This document shows positions 30,121 through 40,503 of a DNA stretch of 64,000 nucleotides, piece after piece. Under the pieces are notes generated by a model. That model saw only the letters and a program-made list of their open reading frames with translations. It had not been told where the DNA came from and ran no database searches. This DNA comes from Verrucomicrobiota bacterium. Lineage in GTDB: Bacteria; Verrucomicrobiota; Verrucomicrobiia; Limisphaerales; CANJSG01. Location: the NCBI GenBank assembly GCA_038209745.1, contig JBBQXJ010000011.1, positions 8,390-72,389 on the forward strand. The letters are read 5' to 3'. The position numbers were made by a program, and so were the translations under genes. The stretch's first letter is position 1. Each line of letters opens with the position of its first letter.

Positions 30121-30780
30121 ATGCCCAAATGGGCCAAAACCATCGTCGCTCTTCTCTTGTTGCCGCTCTGCCTTGGAGCGGTGCGGACGCTTTGGTCGGT
30201 GGTGTCGGCCTCCGGGAGCGCCCAGACCGCGTGGGTGGCGCTACTCGGCGGCGTGGCCTGTTGGATCGTCGTGTTCCTCGTCCTGCCCCGGCCAATGTGG
30301 CTCTACGTCGTGGGCCATGAACTGACGCATGCGATCTGGGTCTGGCTCTTCGGCGGCAAGGTCAAGAAATTCAGGGCGTCGTCGAAAGGCGGGCATGTCG
30401 TCGTCAGCAAGAACAACTTCCTCATCGCGCTCGCGCCCTACTTTTTTCCCATCTACGCCGTGCTGCTGGTGTTCGTCTTTCTGGCCGGACACCTGGTCTG
30501 GAACTGGTCCGCACTGACGCCCTGGTTCCATTTGCTGCTGGGCGCCGCCTACGCCTTCCATGTGACGCTCACGGCCCATGTGCTGAGAACGCGGCAAAGC
30601 GACATCTCCAGCCAAGGCTACGTCTTCTCGGCGGTGGTGATCTTCCTCGGAAACGTCCTCGTGCTGATGGTCGCCGTGCCGCTCCTGACGGGGCGGACTG
30701 GGTTGCTGGGCGTGCTCGGCTGGTGGATGCGCGACACCGGCTCGATCCTCCGGCGTCTTGGCGGCATGATCGCGGGCTAA
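30121..30780 (+). CDS. M50-like membrane metallopeptidase
   Basis: HELTH in a hydrophobic context, IALAPYFFP, SD. Confidence 0.75.
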   Translation: MPKWAKTIVALLLLPLCLGAVRTLWSVVSASGSAQTAWVALLGGVACWIVVFLVLPRPMWLYVVGHELTHAIWVWLFGGKVKKFRASSKGGHVVVSKNNFLIALAPYFFPIYAVLLVFVFLAGHLVWNWSALTPWFHLLLGAAYAFHVTLTAHVLRTRQSDISSQGYVFSAVVIFLGNVLVLMVAVPLLTGRTGLLGVLGWWMRDTGSILRRLGGMIAG

Positions 30781-30806
30781 TGGCGCATCGATTCCTTGTC
30801 GCCCGT

Positions 30807-31080
30807 CTATTTGGCGACTTGATCGAACCGGTTTCGAACCAGGCCGACTTGGTCAACTGTGAGGGGCTTCGGGGGCAAACAATCCACGTCGTCGCCGCCC
30901 TTGAGCACGGCTTCCAGACGGTCCGGACGCAGTTCGCCCTTTTGCCGCCTCCTCCCCATGGCGTCCAAAGCGAAACGCCTCCAGGATCGGACGAATGTCC
31001 CTGAAGCAGGCGACACCGACGGTCGGGGCGGCGGGCGGCAGGTTGCTGACGTCAACCTTGCCGATGTCCCATTTTTCATC
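30807..31080 (-). pseudogene. remnant of a planctomycete-type cytochrome c domain gene
   Basis: Two frames join as KVDVSNLPPAA..RDIRPILEAFRFGRHGEE / KGELRPDRLEAVLKGGDD..KPLTVDQVGLVRNRFDQVAK; CxxCH lost, frameshifted. Confidence 0.65.
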
Positions 31081-31088
31081 TGGGACGG

Positions 31089-31637
31089 CTACGCGGCCGA
31101 CGCCGGGGCCGACTGCGATTCCACCCAACGAGCCATGAGCCAGAGGGTGTCCGACAGGCGGTTCAGGTAGACGAGAATCTCCGCGTTGCTGAGCCCCCCG
31201 GCATCATGGAGCGCGCAGACGCGGCGCTCGGCCCGGCGACAGGTGGTGCGGGCGACGTCGAGAGCCGCCGAATTCACCGAGTCTCCCGGAGTGGCCCAAC
31301 CCTTGAACGACACGTTCTGCGCCTCGATCCCCCGCACGAGGCCGTCGAGCTTTTCGGTGAGCGCAGAGCCGACGAGGGTGAACCCGTCGGCGGCATAGCG
31401 GGGAAGGTCTTCGATGCCCGTCGCGAGCTCCCCCATGACGGTCACGAGATCCTTTTGGACGACGAGAAGATTGTCGCGGATGAAGGCGTGGGCCGCCGTC
31501 GCGCGGGCCGTGCCGAGCGCGGAATTGACCTCGTCGACGCTGCCGTAGGCTTCGACGCGCGGGTGGCACTTGGAGACACGCCGATTATACATCAGACCGG
31601 TCAGGCCGGCGTCTCCCGTTTTGGTGGCGATGCTCAT
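31089..31637 (-). CDS. PduO-type cob(I)alamin adenosyltransferase
   Basis: TKTGDAG.T, RVEAYGSVDE, ARTTCRRAER, YLNRLSD. Confidence 0.93.
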   Translation of the reverse strand: MSIATKTGDAGLTGLMYNRRVSKCHPRVEAYGSVDEVNSALGTARATAAHAFIRDNLLVVQKDLVTVMGELATGIEDLPRYAADGFTLVGSALTEKLDGLVRGIEAQNVSFKGWATPGDSVNSAALDVARTTCRRAERRVCALHDAGGLSNAEILVYLNRLSDTLWLMARWVESQSAPASAA

Positions 31638-31883
31638 GAAGTTGGGAAGATACGCCTCGGAATCCGAGCTGCAACCGACGAAGGAGCGGATTCACCGAAG
31701 TGGGAACGTGAGAATCCCGGAGACCGCGGTCCGCAGGTTTGCGAGCCGTTTTCGGGACGGTGGCCAGGCACGTGCCTGATCTTGCGGCAGTGTCCCGGAG
31801 CGGTGGATCAATGCGGAACATTCTCCCGGTCGGGACATCTCCACCGCAGGGATTTGATCGTCATTCCGAAGACCCGGAACGCG

Positions 31884-31900
31884 CTGGCATCCGTGCTGCT
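31884..31900 (+). promoter_or_regulatory. putative sigma-54 (-24/-12) promoter
   Basis: CTGGCATCCGTGCTGCT = GG-N10-GC, about 57 nt before ATG 31957. Confidence 0.5.
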
Positions 31901-31956
31901 GAATCGGAGGCAACGATCGGGACCCAACGATCTCCACCTCCGACAACGAAGCAGAC

Positions 31957-32832
31957 ATGAACGAACTCATCTCACCGGGCACGGAACTTTTGGACGGCCC
32001 GTCCGCCTCCATCACTTCGGCGCCGCCCTATCTGACCAGGCCCATCAAGATCCCGAAAGGCCCCTTTCGCTGCAGGATCCACCTGCCCATCGGCGCGGGA
32101 TACGAGGTGCAGGCTTCGACCGATCTGGGCCAGTGGACCGTGGTCACGCGGAACACTTCGGCGGATGAATCGGTCGAATTCCTCGACGCCCAGGCGAGCG
32201 GTCTGCCCGCGCGGTTCTATCGTGTGGTGGTGGGCGGAGCGTGCTCGCGCAACATCGTCGGCTATGCCGGAACGGTCGCGCCGCAGGGCTTCGCGATGAT
32301 CACGAACCCTTTCACAAACGACGACAACACCATCGCCTGGCTCCTGCCCCGCGTCCCCGAGAACACCACTCTCTGCAAGTTCGACCCCCGCTTGAGCCGG
32401 CTTACGAACAACTCGTTCAAGGGCGGCAAATGGAGCTTCGGCGGCGAACGGCTCGATCCGGGTGAGGGCGCCCTTTTCTTCAATCCGACCTTTGATCCGA
32501 TCCATATCGATTTCGCCGGCGAGGTCCAGCAGGGCGTGCTGATCAACCAGCTGGACGCCGGATTCTCGATGCGGGGCTCCATGCTCCCCCGCTCGGGCAG
32601 GATCTGCGCCGATCTCGGTCTGCCGATCCAGGAGGGCGATGTGATCCACGTCTTCGACCGGAAGGAGCAGCGCTACCAGGTGCTGAAGTTCCCGATGAAG
32701 AACTGGCACTCGGCCCAGCCTGCGCTTGGTCTGTGCGAGGGCTTCTGGCTGGGCAAGGCGACCGGCAGCAAGTGGGTCCAGAAGGTGGAGCCCCCCGTCG
32801 CGATCTCCACCGGGGTCCGTCGGCCGGCGTGA
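31957..32832 (+). CDS. hypothetical protein (Verrucomicrobia-type ..RFYRV domain + NIVGY domain)
   Basis: Coherent 291-aa ORF with YEVQASTDL..W..RFYRVV and SRNIVGY..GFAMITNP. Confidence 0.8.
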   Translation: MNELISPGTELLDGPSASITSAPPYLTRPIKIPKGPFRCRIHLPIGAGYEVQASTDLGQWTVVTRNTSADESVEFLDAQASGLPARFYRVVVGGACSRNIVGYAGTVAPQGFAMITNPFTNDDNTIAWLLPRVPENTTLCKFDPRLSRLTNNSFKGGKWSFGGERLDPGEGALFFNPTFDPIHIDFAGEVQQGVLINQLDAGFSMRGSMLPRSGRICADLGLPIQEGDVIHVFDRKEQRYQVLKFPMKNWHSAQPALGLCEGFWLGKATGSKWVQKVEPPVAISTGVRRPA

Positions 32833-32968
32833 CGGTTTGTCCCGGCACGCGGGCCTTCGACCCGCGCTTGAACCGGGCCGCAAGTCGGGGCTTCGTCCTG
32901 TCTCGCGGAAAAACAAGAGCGGGCGCGGCCAGCGATGGCCGCGCCCGCCAGGTCGTTTGGAGCCCGGG

Positions 32969-34291
32969 TCAGGGCTGGGGGTCGACTCCCGGCGGGAGCG
33001 CGGGCTGGCCGGGGAGGAAGTCCGAATCCTGCTTGAGATAGAGGGTCTGCGTGGGGAACGCGAACCCGATGCCGGCCGCGTCGAAGCGCGTTTTGATCTC
33101 GATGTTGAAGGCCTGCATCGCGTCGAGATACTCCTTGTAATCGGTCGATCTGAACCAGTGGATGACGACGATGTTCAAGGACGAGGCGGCGAAGGAGTTG
33201 AAGGAGATCCAGACGTTCTCGGTCTTCTCGTTCTTGTAGACCGCCGCCAAGATCGCCAGGGCTTCCCGCACTTTTTCCGTCGGCGTGTCGTAGGTGACGC
33301 CGATGTTCATCACCGTCTTGATGTTCGGGCGACGGGAGACGTTGGTGATGGTGGCGTTGCCCATCGTCTTGTTCGGAACGGTGATCAGATGTCCGTCGAG
33401 GTTGCGGACACGGGTGGAGCGGATGCCGATCTGCTCGACCGTGCCGTCCACCGAGTCGAGCTGGACGCGGTCACCGACCTTGAACGGCTTGTCGAGGAAG
33501 ACCGTCGCGGCGCCGAACAGATTGGCCACCGTGTCTTGCGCGGCCAAACCGAGGGCCAGTCCGACGACGGACAGCGAGGCCAGCACACTAGTGATGTTCA
33601 TGCCGAGATTGTCCGAAGTGAGCAGCACCGCGATGACCACGATGAAGGTCTTCATGGCGCCGCGCAGGATCGGCAGCAGCTGGTCGTGCAACGAATCCGG
33701 ATCCCGCGCCGCCATGTTCTTCGCCCATTTGCCCAGAAGCAGATCGACCAGCTTCAGCAGCAGGTAGGTGACGGAAAACGCGACGATCAGCAGGAAGCCC
33801 TTGTTGATGAACCCCTCGGCCCAAGCGGGCCAGGCGAACAGCTTCAGCCCGATGTTCAGCAGGATTATGAAGACGATGATCTTCGCTGGGCCGCGCAGGA
33901 GCTCGATGAAGATGTCGTCCAGGTCCGTTTTCGTCTTCTTGGTCCAGGCCTTCAGCCAGACACCCAGAAGGAGGTCGAAGACTTTCGAGAGCAGATAGGC
34001 GAGGACGACGTAGACGAAGAAGGCGACGTATTGCCAACGCGGATTGCCCATGAACCGGGGTTTCAACGCCGGAATCTCGTCGAGACCAAACCGCAGGAAG
34101 ACGTAGTTGGAACTGTTTGGATCCGGGGCCTGAAGGAGTTCGATGAGCGTCCTCGCATTGGTCGACGAGAGCGAGTTGGTGTCGGAGGACGAGGTTTGAT
34201 TGGTTTGGGCGGAAGCGCTGGAGAGGCAGATCGCGACCATCACGATCAGGACCAGCGCTGATTTGAGCAGGGTTTGAATTGGCAGGCGCAT
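32969..34291 (-). CDS. MscS-family mechanosensitive channel
   Basis: GLALGLAAQDTVANLFG, DKPFKVGD, GIRSTRVR, FAFPTQT. Confidence 0.93.
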   Translation of the reverse strand: MRLPIQTLLKSALVLIVMVAICLSSASAQTNQTSSSDTNSLSSTNARTLIELLQAPDPNSSNYVFLRFGLDEIPALKPRFMGNPRWQYVAFFVYVVLAYLLSKVFDLLLGVWLKAWTKKTKTDLDDIFIELLRGPAKIIVFIILLNIGLKLFAWPAWAEGFINKGFLLIVAFSVTYLLLKLVDLLLGKWAKNMAARDPDSLHDQLLPILRGAMKTFIVVIAVLLTSDNLGMNITSVLASLSVVGLALGLAAQDTVANLFGAATVFLDKPFKVGDRVQLDSVDGTVEQIGIRSTRVRNLDGHLITVPNKTMGNATITNVSRRPNIKTVMNIGVTYDTPTEKVREALAILAAVYKNEKTENVWISFNSFAASSLNIVVIHWFRSTDYKEYLDAMQAFNIEIKTRFDAAGIGFAFPTQTLYLKQDSDFLPGQPALPPGVDPQP

Positions 34292-34376
34292 ACGGAGGCA
34301 ATTTTAGGACCTCAATTCTCCGAGGCAAGAGATGGAGTCCCGGGGGAGGGTTGAACCGCCGAACAGGGGAAGCTCT

Positions 34377-34582
34377 TCACCCTCCCGCGACGATCCGCAC
34401 GATCTCCAAGCGGTCGCCATCGTTGAGCGTGCGACCGGGAAATTCGGAGGGCGCCACCGCCTCGCCATTGTGCTCCACCACGACGCTGCGGGGCGGAAGG
34501 TTCCTGGCGATCAGGAACGCTTCCAACGTGCAGGGCGTGGGGGCTTCGACGGGTTCGCCGTTGGCGATGACGGAGCCCGGAT

Positions 34583-34586
<4 letters not shown>
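34377..34586 (-). CDS. thiS: sulfur carrier protein ThiS
   Basis: 69 aa, [22 protein letters not shown]-terminal diglycine. Confidence 0.9.
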
Positions 34587-35635
<1,049 letters not shown>

Positions 35636-35731
35636 GGGGAAAGGCTAACGAGACACTGTCCCAGCCGGAAGTCCCGTAATTCCAAACGAGAGCGGCTGGC
35701 AATGTGTCGAAGTATGTCTTAAACCGACGGG

Positions 35732-36352
35732 GTGCCGAACGAACCCGAACGCCTCCTCGTCTCCCGCTGTCTGGCGGGCGAGGCCGATGCTTGGGACGAG
35801 ATGTTTTCGGCGCACTATTCCGCGACGGCCCGGTTCATCTTCCAGATCTCGGGCGACTTTTCCCGGGAAGACGCCGAAGAGATCGCGCAGGAGACGTTCC
35901 TCTCCGTAGTCCAGCATCTGCATGGATTCCAGGGCGGGAGCCAGCTGCAGACGTGGATCTTCCGCATCGCCGGGAACAAGGCGCGGGATTTTCTGGAGAA
36001 ACGGAACGCGGCCAAGCGCGGCGGAGGCCAGCTCGCGTTGTCGCTCGACGCGGAGGATCCGGAATCCGGCCTTTCGCTCGATCCGGCGGCGCCGTTGCCG
36101 TCTCCCGACGTCCTTCTACAGCAGGCCGAAACGGCCAAGATCGTGACCGACGCCCTGGCGGCAATGGAGGTCCCGTGTCGCGAGGTGATCGAGCTGCGCT
36201 ACTTCGGTGATCGCAGCTACGAGGAGATCTCCGGAGAACTGGGGCTCAGCGTGAAGACGGTCAGCTCACGCCTGAGCAAGTGTCTGGACCGGCTGGAGGG
36301 AATTGCGCGCCGATTGTTTTCCCGGAAGAACTCGCCGCCGAATCCCGTCTGA
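35732..36352 (+). CDS. ECF RNA polymerase sigma factor
   Basis: DAEEIAQETF, TWIFRIA.N, SYEEIS..LGLSVKTVSSRL. Confidence 0.92.
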   Translation: MPNEPERLLVSRCLAGEADAWDEMFSAHYSATARFIFQISGDFSREDAEEIAQETFLSVVQHLHGFQGGSQLQTWIFRIAGNKARDFLEKRNAAKRGGGQLALSLDAEDPESGLSLDPAAPLPSPDVLLQQAETAKIVTDALAAMEVPCREVIELRYFGDRSYEEISGELGLSVKTVSSRLSKCLDRLEGIARRLFSRKNSPPNPV

Positions 36353-36367
36353 CCCGGGGCGAACCCC

Positions 36368-37369
36368 ATGCCTGAAGAACCGAAACAACCGATCGAAGAA
36401 CTGCTGGAGGCCCACGCCTTGAGGCGGCGGGCCGAAGGAGGCCAGTTCGAATTGCACGAGGCCACCCGCCATTTGTTGCGTGGTGAGGCGCTCCGCCACC
36501 ACAGACCCGAGGCCACCGTAGAGCGGTCCGCTCCCGCGCGTTCGGCGTGGTTTTTCCTGTGGACCCGCTTGGCGGGGGCGTTCGGGTTTGTCGCGCTGGC
36601 GGGTCTCGCGGTGTTGGTCATCCAGCAGTTGGCTCCGCCGCATAGAAGCGATTTGGCCCGGTTGGAACCTACGGCCACCAGCAGCCGGTCCATCCTGGCC
36701 GCGCCCGGCAGCACCATCGCGCCGGCTGCCCTCTCGAAAGCCATTCTTCCGGCGGGATCCTCTCTGTCGGTCACGGAAACGGCTCCAGCGGCGCCCGCCT
36801 CGATCATGGCGGCGGACCGCAGCCGGGACCTTTCTTCCGCCGACCTCCGTCAATCCCCATCCCCGGCGCCGGTCCGAGTGGCCAGCCTCGCTGCGGAAAC
36901 CCGCGACTCGAAGATGGAAGCGAAGGCCAAATCCATGACCGTTCCGGCGGCGAATGCACCACCCACGTCCGCAGCCCTAGCGGCGGGACCGCTTTTGGGG
37001 ACGGTGTTCCGCCGGGTGGAGACGGCCGACGGGCTGAGGCGCAACCTCCAGTCTCCAAGATTGCCCTCCGTATTGAAGTCGTTCAACGCATCGTTGCTCG
37101 GCAATCGGCTGCGGTTGGAGGAGGCTGACGGGTCGGTCTACCTCGGTGATGTTGACCCGAGCGACGGGGCCTTTTCCTTGGTGGGCACGAACCGCGCGAC
37201 AGGCTTGGTCGTTCGGTTCAGCGGACACGCGACGATGGCGCCGGCGCTGGTCGGTTTGGCGGGCGTTTCCCGGACCGGTTCGGCTGTGTCCGTGCCGAAG
37301 ATTTTGGAGGGGACGGTCGCTCTGGGTGATCGGCAGCAGTGGAGGCTCCGGGCCGAAGCCCGGCCTTGA
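36368..37369 (+). CDS. single-TM protein, probable anti-sigma factor
   Basis: Follows the ECF sigma gene; N-terminal helix, TM, low-complexity periplasmic part. Confidence 0.6.
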   Translation: MPEEPKQPIEELLEAHALRRRAEGGQFELHEATRHLLRGEALRHHRPEATVERSAPARSAWFFLWTRLAGAFGFVALAGLAVLVIQQLAPPHRSDLARLEPTATSSRSILAAPGSTIAPAALSKAILPAGSSLSVTETAPAAPASIMAADRSRDLSSADLRQSPSPAPVRVASLAAETRDSKMEAKAKSMTVPAANAPPTSAALAAGPLLGTVFRRVETADGLRRNLQSPRLPSVLKSFNASLLGNRLRLEEADGSVYLGDVDPSDGAFSLVGTNRATGLVVRFSGHATMAPALVGLAGVSRTGSAVSVPKILEGTVALGDRQQWRLRAEARP

Positions 37370-37372
37370 ACC

Positions 37373-38029
37373 ATGGCCAAATCTCCGATCCCAGACCGAT
37401 TCCTGCATGAACGGGAGCTGCTCTCCTCCGGAACTTGGCCCGTTGCGGGCGTGGATGAAGCAGGGCGCGGCCCTTTGGCGGGACCCGTGGTCGCGGCGGC
37501 ACTGATGTTTCCTGAGAAGTGGGTCCGTGACGGTTTGCCCGCGCCGCTGCGGAAGGTGAACGACTCAAAGCAGTTGAGTGAAACAGTCCGCGAAGAATTG
37601 TTCGCCGAGCTCACTGGCCGCTCGGAGATCCGGTTCGCCATCGCGCAGGTCGAGGCACCCCGCATCGACGAAATCAACATCCTCCAAGCCACCCACTGGG
37701 CGATGAACGAGGCGTTGACCGCCTTGATCGAAGTTCCGACGCACGCGCTGGTGGATGGTCTGCGGGTGAAGTCGCTTCGATTCCCACAGACACCTCTGGT
37801 CAAAGGGGATTCAAAGTCGTTCTCCATCGCGGCGGCCAGCATTCTAGCCAAGGTCACCCGCGACCGCCGCATGGTCCGCTACGACCGGGAATTCCCCGGC
37901 TACGGATTTGCCATCCACAAGGGCTATCCAACGCCCGATCATCTCGACGCGTTGAAGCGCCTTGGCCCAACGCCGATCCATCGCCGCAGTTTTGCCCCGC
38001 TCAGGGCGGTGCAGTTGACCCTGTGCTGA
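37373..38029 (+). CDS. rnhB: ribonuclease HII
   Basis: GVDEAGRGPLAGPV, DSK, IAAASILAKV.RD, HKGY, HRRSF. Confidence 0.97.
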   Translation: MAKSPIPDRFLHERELLSSGTWPVAGVDEAGRGPLAGPVVAAALMFPEKWVRDGLPAPLRKVNDSKQLSETVREELFAELTGRSEIRFAIAQVEAPRIDEINILQATHWAMNEALTALIEVPTHALVDGLRVKSLRFPQTPLVKGDSKSFSIAAASILAKVTRDRRMVRYDREFPGYGFAIHKGYPTPDHLDALKRLGPTPIHRRSFAPLRAVQLTLC

Positions 38030-38059
38030 GGCGGTTACGACGGGCGGGAGGCTCCCAAG

Positions 38060-38108
38060 TTGACACGGCGAACCGGGTGGTTAATCTATTTCCAGACAAA
38101 GTTGGTCT
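38060..38108 (+). promoter_or_regulatory. sigma-70 promoter plus IscR type-1-like operator
   Basis: TTGACA-N16-TAATCT followed by AGAC-N7-GTCT (38094-38108). Confidence 0.6.
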
Positions 38109-38123
38109 TCTTTCTCCGATAAC

Positions 38124-38642
38124 ATGCAAATCACACGCGCAGGCGAATACGGAATGCTGGGCCTCATGGCTCTGGCCCGCCGTCCTTTGGGTGATATCGT
38201 GATGCTGGATATCATCGCCAGCGAAGAGGAGATTCCCGTGAGCTTTCTCGGGAAGATCTTCCAGAATCTGACCAAGGCGGGATTCGTCCGCTCGGCCCGT
38301 GGATCCAAAGGCGGCTTCAGTCTGCTTCGATCCCCGGAGGAAATCACCGTGCTGGAGGTCATCGAATCCATCGAAGGCAAGATCGCGTTCCAGCGATGCC
38401 AAGAAGACAAGCCTGACTGCACCCACATGGGCGGCTGCGCCCTGTGCGGGCTTTTCAGCGAAGCTCAGGACAAGGTGAAGGAAGTCTTCGCCCGCACCAC
38501 CGTGGCCTCGTTGACCCGGCAGCACACTCCCTTTTCGGACCATCAGGAGCAACACGGTCTGACCGGCCCCAAACACCAACCCGGCAAACCGGTTCCCGAG
38601 CATCTGATCCAGCTTTCCAAATCACCCCAAACCGTTAACTGA
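38124..38642 (+). CDS. Rrf2-family Fe-S regulator (IscR-like)
   Basis: SARGSKGGF.L, C-X6-C-X5-C-X2-C. Confidence 0.9.
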   Translation: MQITRAGEYGMLGLMALARRPLGDIVMLDIIASEEEIPVSFLGKIFQNLTKAGFVRSARGSKGGFSLLRSPEEITVLEVIESIEGKIAFQRCQEDKPDCTHMGGCALCGLFSEAQDKVKEVFARTTVASLTRQHTPFSDHQEQHGLTGPKHQPGKPVPEHLIQLSKSPQTVN

Positions 38643-38650
38643 ACAATTTT

Positions 38651-39079
38651 ATGAGCGACACCTATACCCTCTACAACGACACGGTCATGGAGCATTTCAT
38701 GAACCCCCGGAACATGGGCGACATCAAGGATGCCGACGGCGTCGGCGAAGTCGGCGCGGCGGCCTGTGGCGACATCATGAAGATCTCCCTCAGGATCAAG
38801 GACGGGAAGATCGAGGACGCCCGCTTCAAGACCTTCGGCTGCGGCTCGGCCATCGCCAGCTCCAGCATGGCCACCGAACTCATCAAGGGCCGGACCATTG
38901 ACGAGGCCATGAACTTCTCCAACCAAGAAGTCGTGGACGCCCTCGGCGGTCTGCCCCCGGTGAAGATCCATTGCTCGGTGCTGGCCGAGGAAGCCCTCAA
39001 GGCCGCGCTGGAAGACTACGTGAAGAAGCACCCTGAACTGGCGGCGAAGGCTCAGAAGACCGAAGCTGCAGTCGCTTAA
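38651..39079 (+). CDS. iscU: Fe-S scaffold IscU/NifU-N
   Basis: ACGD, FGCGSAIASSS, LPPVKIHCS. Confidence 0.95.
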   Translation: MSDTYTLYNDTVMEHFMNPRNMGDIKDADGVGEVGAAACGDIMKISLRIKDGKIEDARFKTFGCGSAIASSSMATELIKGRTIDEAMNFSNQEVVDALGGLPPVKIHCSVLAEEALKAALEDYVKKHPELAAKAQKTEAAVA

Positions 39080-39093
39080 GACTTCGGAAGCCT

Positions 39094-39155
39094 AGTGCGT
39101 GAAGCGAGTCGGATTGACGGGAGATCCCGATCATCCGGCGCGTAGATCACGCACT
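39094..39155 (+). other. long intergenic stem-loop between iscU and iscS
   Basis: AGTGCGTGA..CGGAT..CGGGA/TCCCG..TCCG..TCACGCACT nested inverted repeat. Confidence 0.65.
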
Positions 39156-39163
39156 CACTTTTT

Positions 39164-40429
39164 ATGCGCCAAGTATTTCTAGACCATCAGTCCGCCACCC
39201 CGGTTCTGCCGGAGGTGTTCGACGCGATGAAGCCCTATTTCACCGAGTACTTCGGAAACCCTTCGTCGCTCCATCAACATGGGCTCCGCGTCCGCGACGC
39301 GCTCAAGAAGGCCCGCCAGCAAATGGCCGCGTTGATCAATGCCGACAGCGAAGAGGAGATCTTCTTCACCTCGGACGGCACCGAGTCCGCCAACCTTGCG
39401 ATCAAAGGCGTGGCCTATGCCAATGAGCGCAAGGGCAAGCACCTCGTCGTCTGCGCCACCGAGCATCCGAGCATCATGTTGTCGGTCGAGTTCCTGGAGA
39501 AGCAGGGCTGGACCTGCACCCAGGTGCCCGTTGATGCGGAAGGCGTCATCAATCTCGAAGCGCTGAAGGCCGCCATCACGAAGGAGACGACGCTCGTCGC
39601 CGTCCACTATGTGAACCACGATATCGGCACCATCCAGCCCATCGTCGAGGTGGGCCAGATCTGCGCCGAAAAGAGCGTCCCGCTCTACGTCGATTGCGAA
39701 GCCAGCGCCGGATGGATGCCGATCGATGTGAAACAGTTCGGCGCCGCGTTGGTCAGCTTTTCGCCACATCGTTTCTACGGACCCAAAGGCGTGGGTGTCC
39801 TCTATCGCAACAAGAAGGCCCGGATCGTCTCCATCATCCACGGTGGCGTGCAGGAAGGCGGCCGGCGTGCCGGCACTGAAAACATTCCGGCCATCGTCGG
39901 TGGCGGCGTGGCGGCGGAGATCGCCCTGCGCGAGATGCCCCAAAGAATCTCCCACGTCGCCAAGCTCCAGACGCGCCTTTGGGAAGGGCTGAAGTCCAAG
40001 GACAAGTTCATCAAGTTGAACGGTCCCGAACCCGGCCCAAAACGGATCGCGACAAACCTGAACATCTCGACCGAGTTCATCGAGGGCGAAGGCCAGCTCC
40101 TGCTCTGCGACATGAACGGCATCGCCGTCGCCAGCGGATCGAGCTGCGTCAGCAAGAGCCTGAAGATCTCCCATGTGCTCGCCGCGATCGGTCTCGACCA
40201 CGCGTTGGCCCAGGGGAACATCATCATGACCCTCGGCAAGGACAACACCGAGGAGGAGATCGACTATGTGGTGGAGACGTTCGGCAAGATCATCACCCGG
40301 CTCCGCGGCATGTCCCCGATGTGGGATGAGTTCGAGCGCGGCGTGATCGATTCCGTCATCGCGCCGACCGGGCGGGGCAAGTCCTTCAGCCAGCACGCCG
40401 CCGAGATTTCGGGCAAGGCGGCCCATTGA
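39164..40429 (+). CDS. iscS: IscS/NifS-like protein with the PLP Schiff-base Lys replaced by Arg
   Basis: FGNPSS, GPKGVG, QEGGRRAGTEN, SGSSC; SxHK reads SPHR. Confidence 0.9.
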   Translation: MRQVFLDHQSATPVLPEVFDAMKPYFTEYFGNPSSLHQHGLRVRDALKKARQQMAALINADSEEEIFFTSDGTESANLAIKGVAYANERKGKHLVVCATEHPSIMLSVEFLEKQGWTCTQVPVDAEGVINLEALKAAITKETTLVAVHYVNHDIGTIQPIVEVGQICAEKSVPLYVDCEASAGWMPIDVKQFGAALVSFSPHRFYGPKGVGVLYRNKKARIVSIIHGGVQEGGRRAGTENIPAIVGGGVAAEIALREMPQRISHVAKLQTRLWEGLKSKDKFIKLNGPEPGPKRIATNLNISTEFIEGEGQLLLCDMNGIAVASGSSCVSKSLKISHVLAAIGLDHALAQGNIIMTLGKDNTEEEIDYVVETFGKIITRLRGMSPMWDEFERGVIDSVIAPTGRGKSFSQHAAEISGKAAH

Positions 40430-40503
40430 TTCCATTGCAGGCGGCTCACCACAAATGGGTTGCCGCTCCTTTTCCTTCCAACCTTTGAACCCTGTCCGCT
40501 GAG

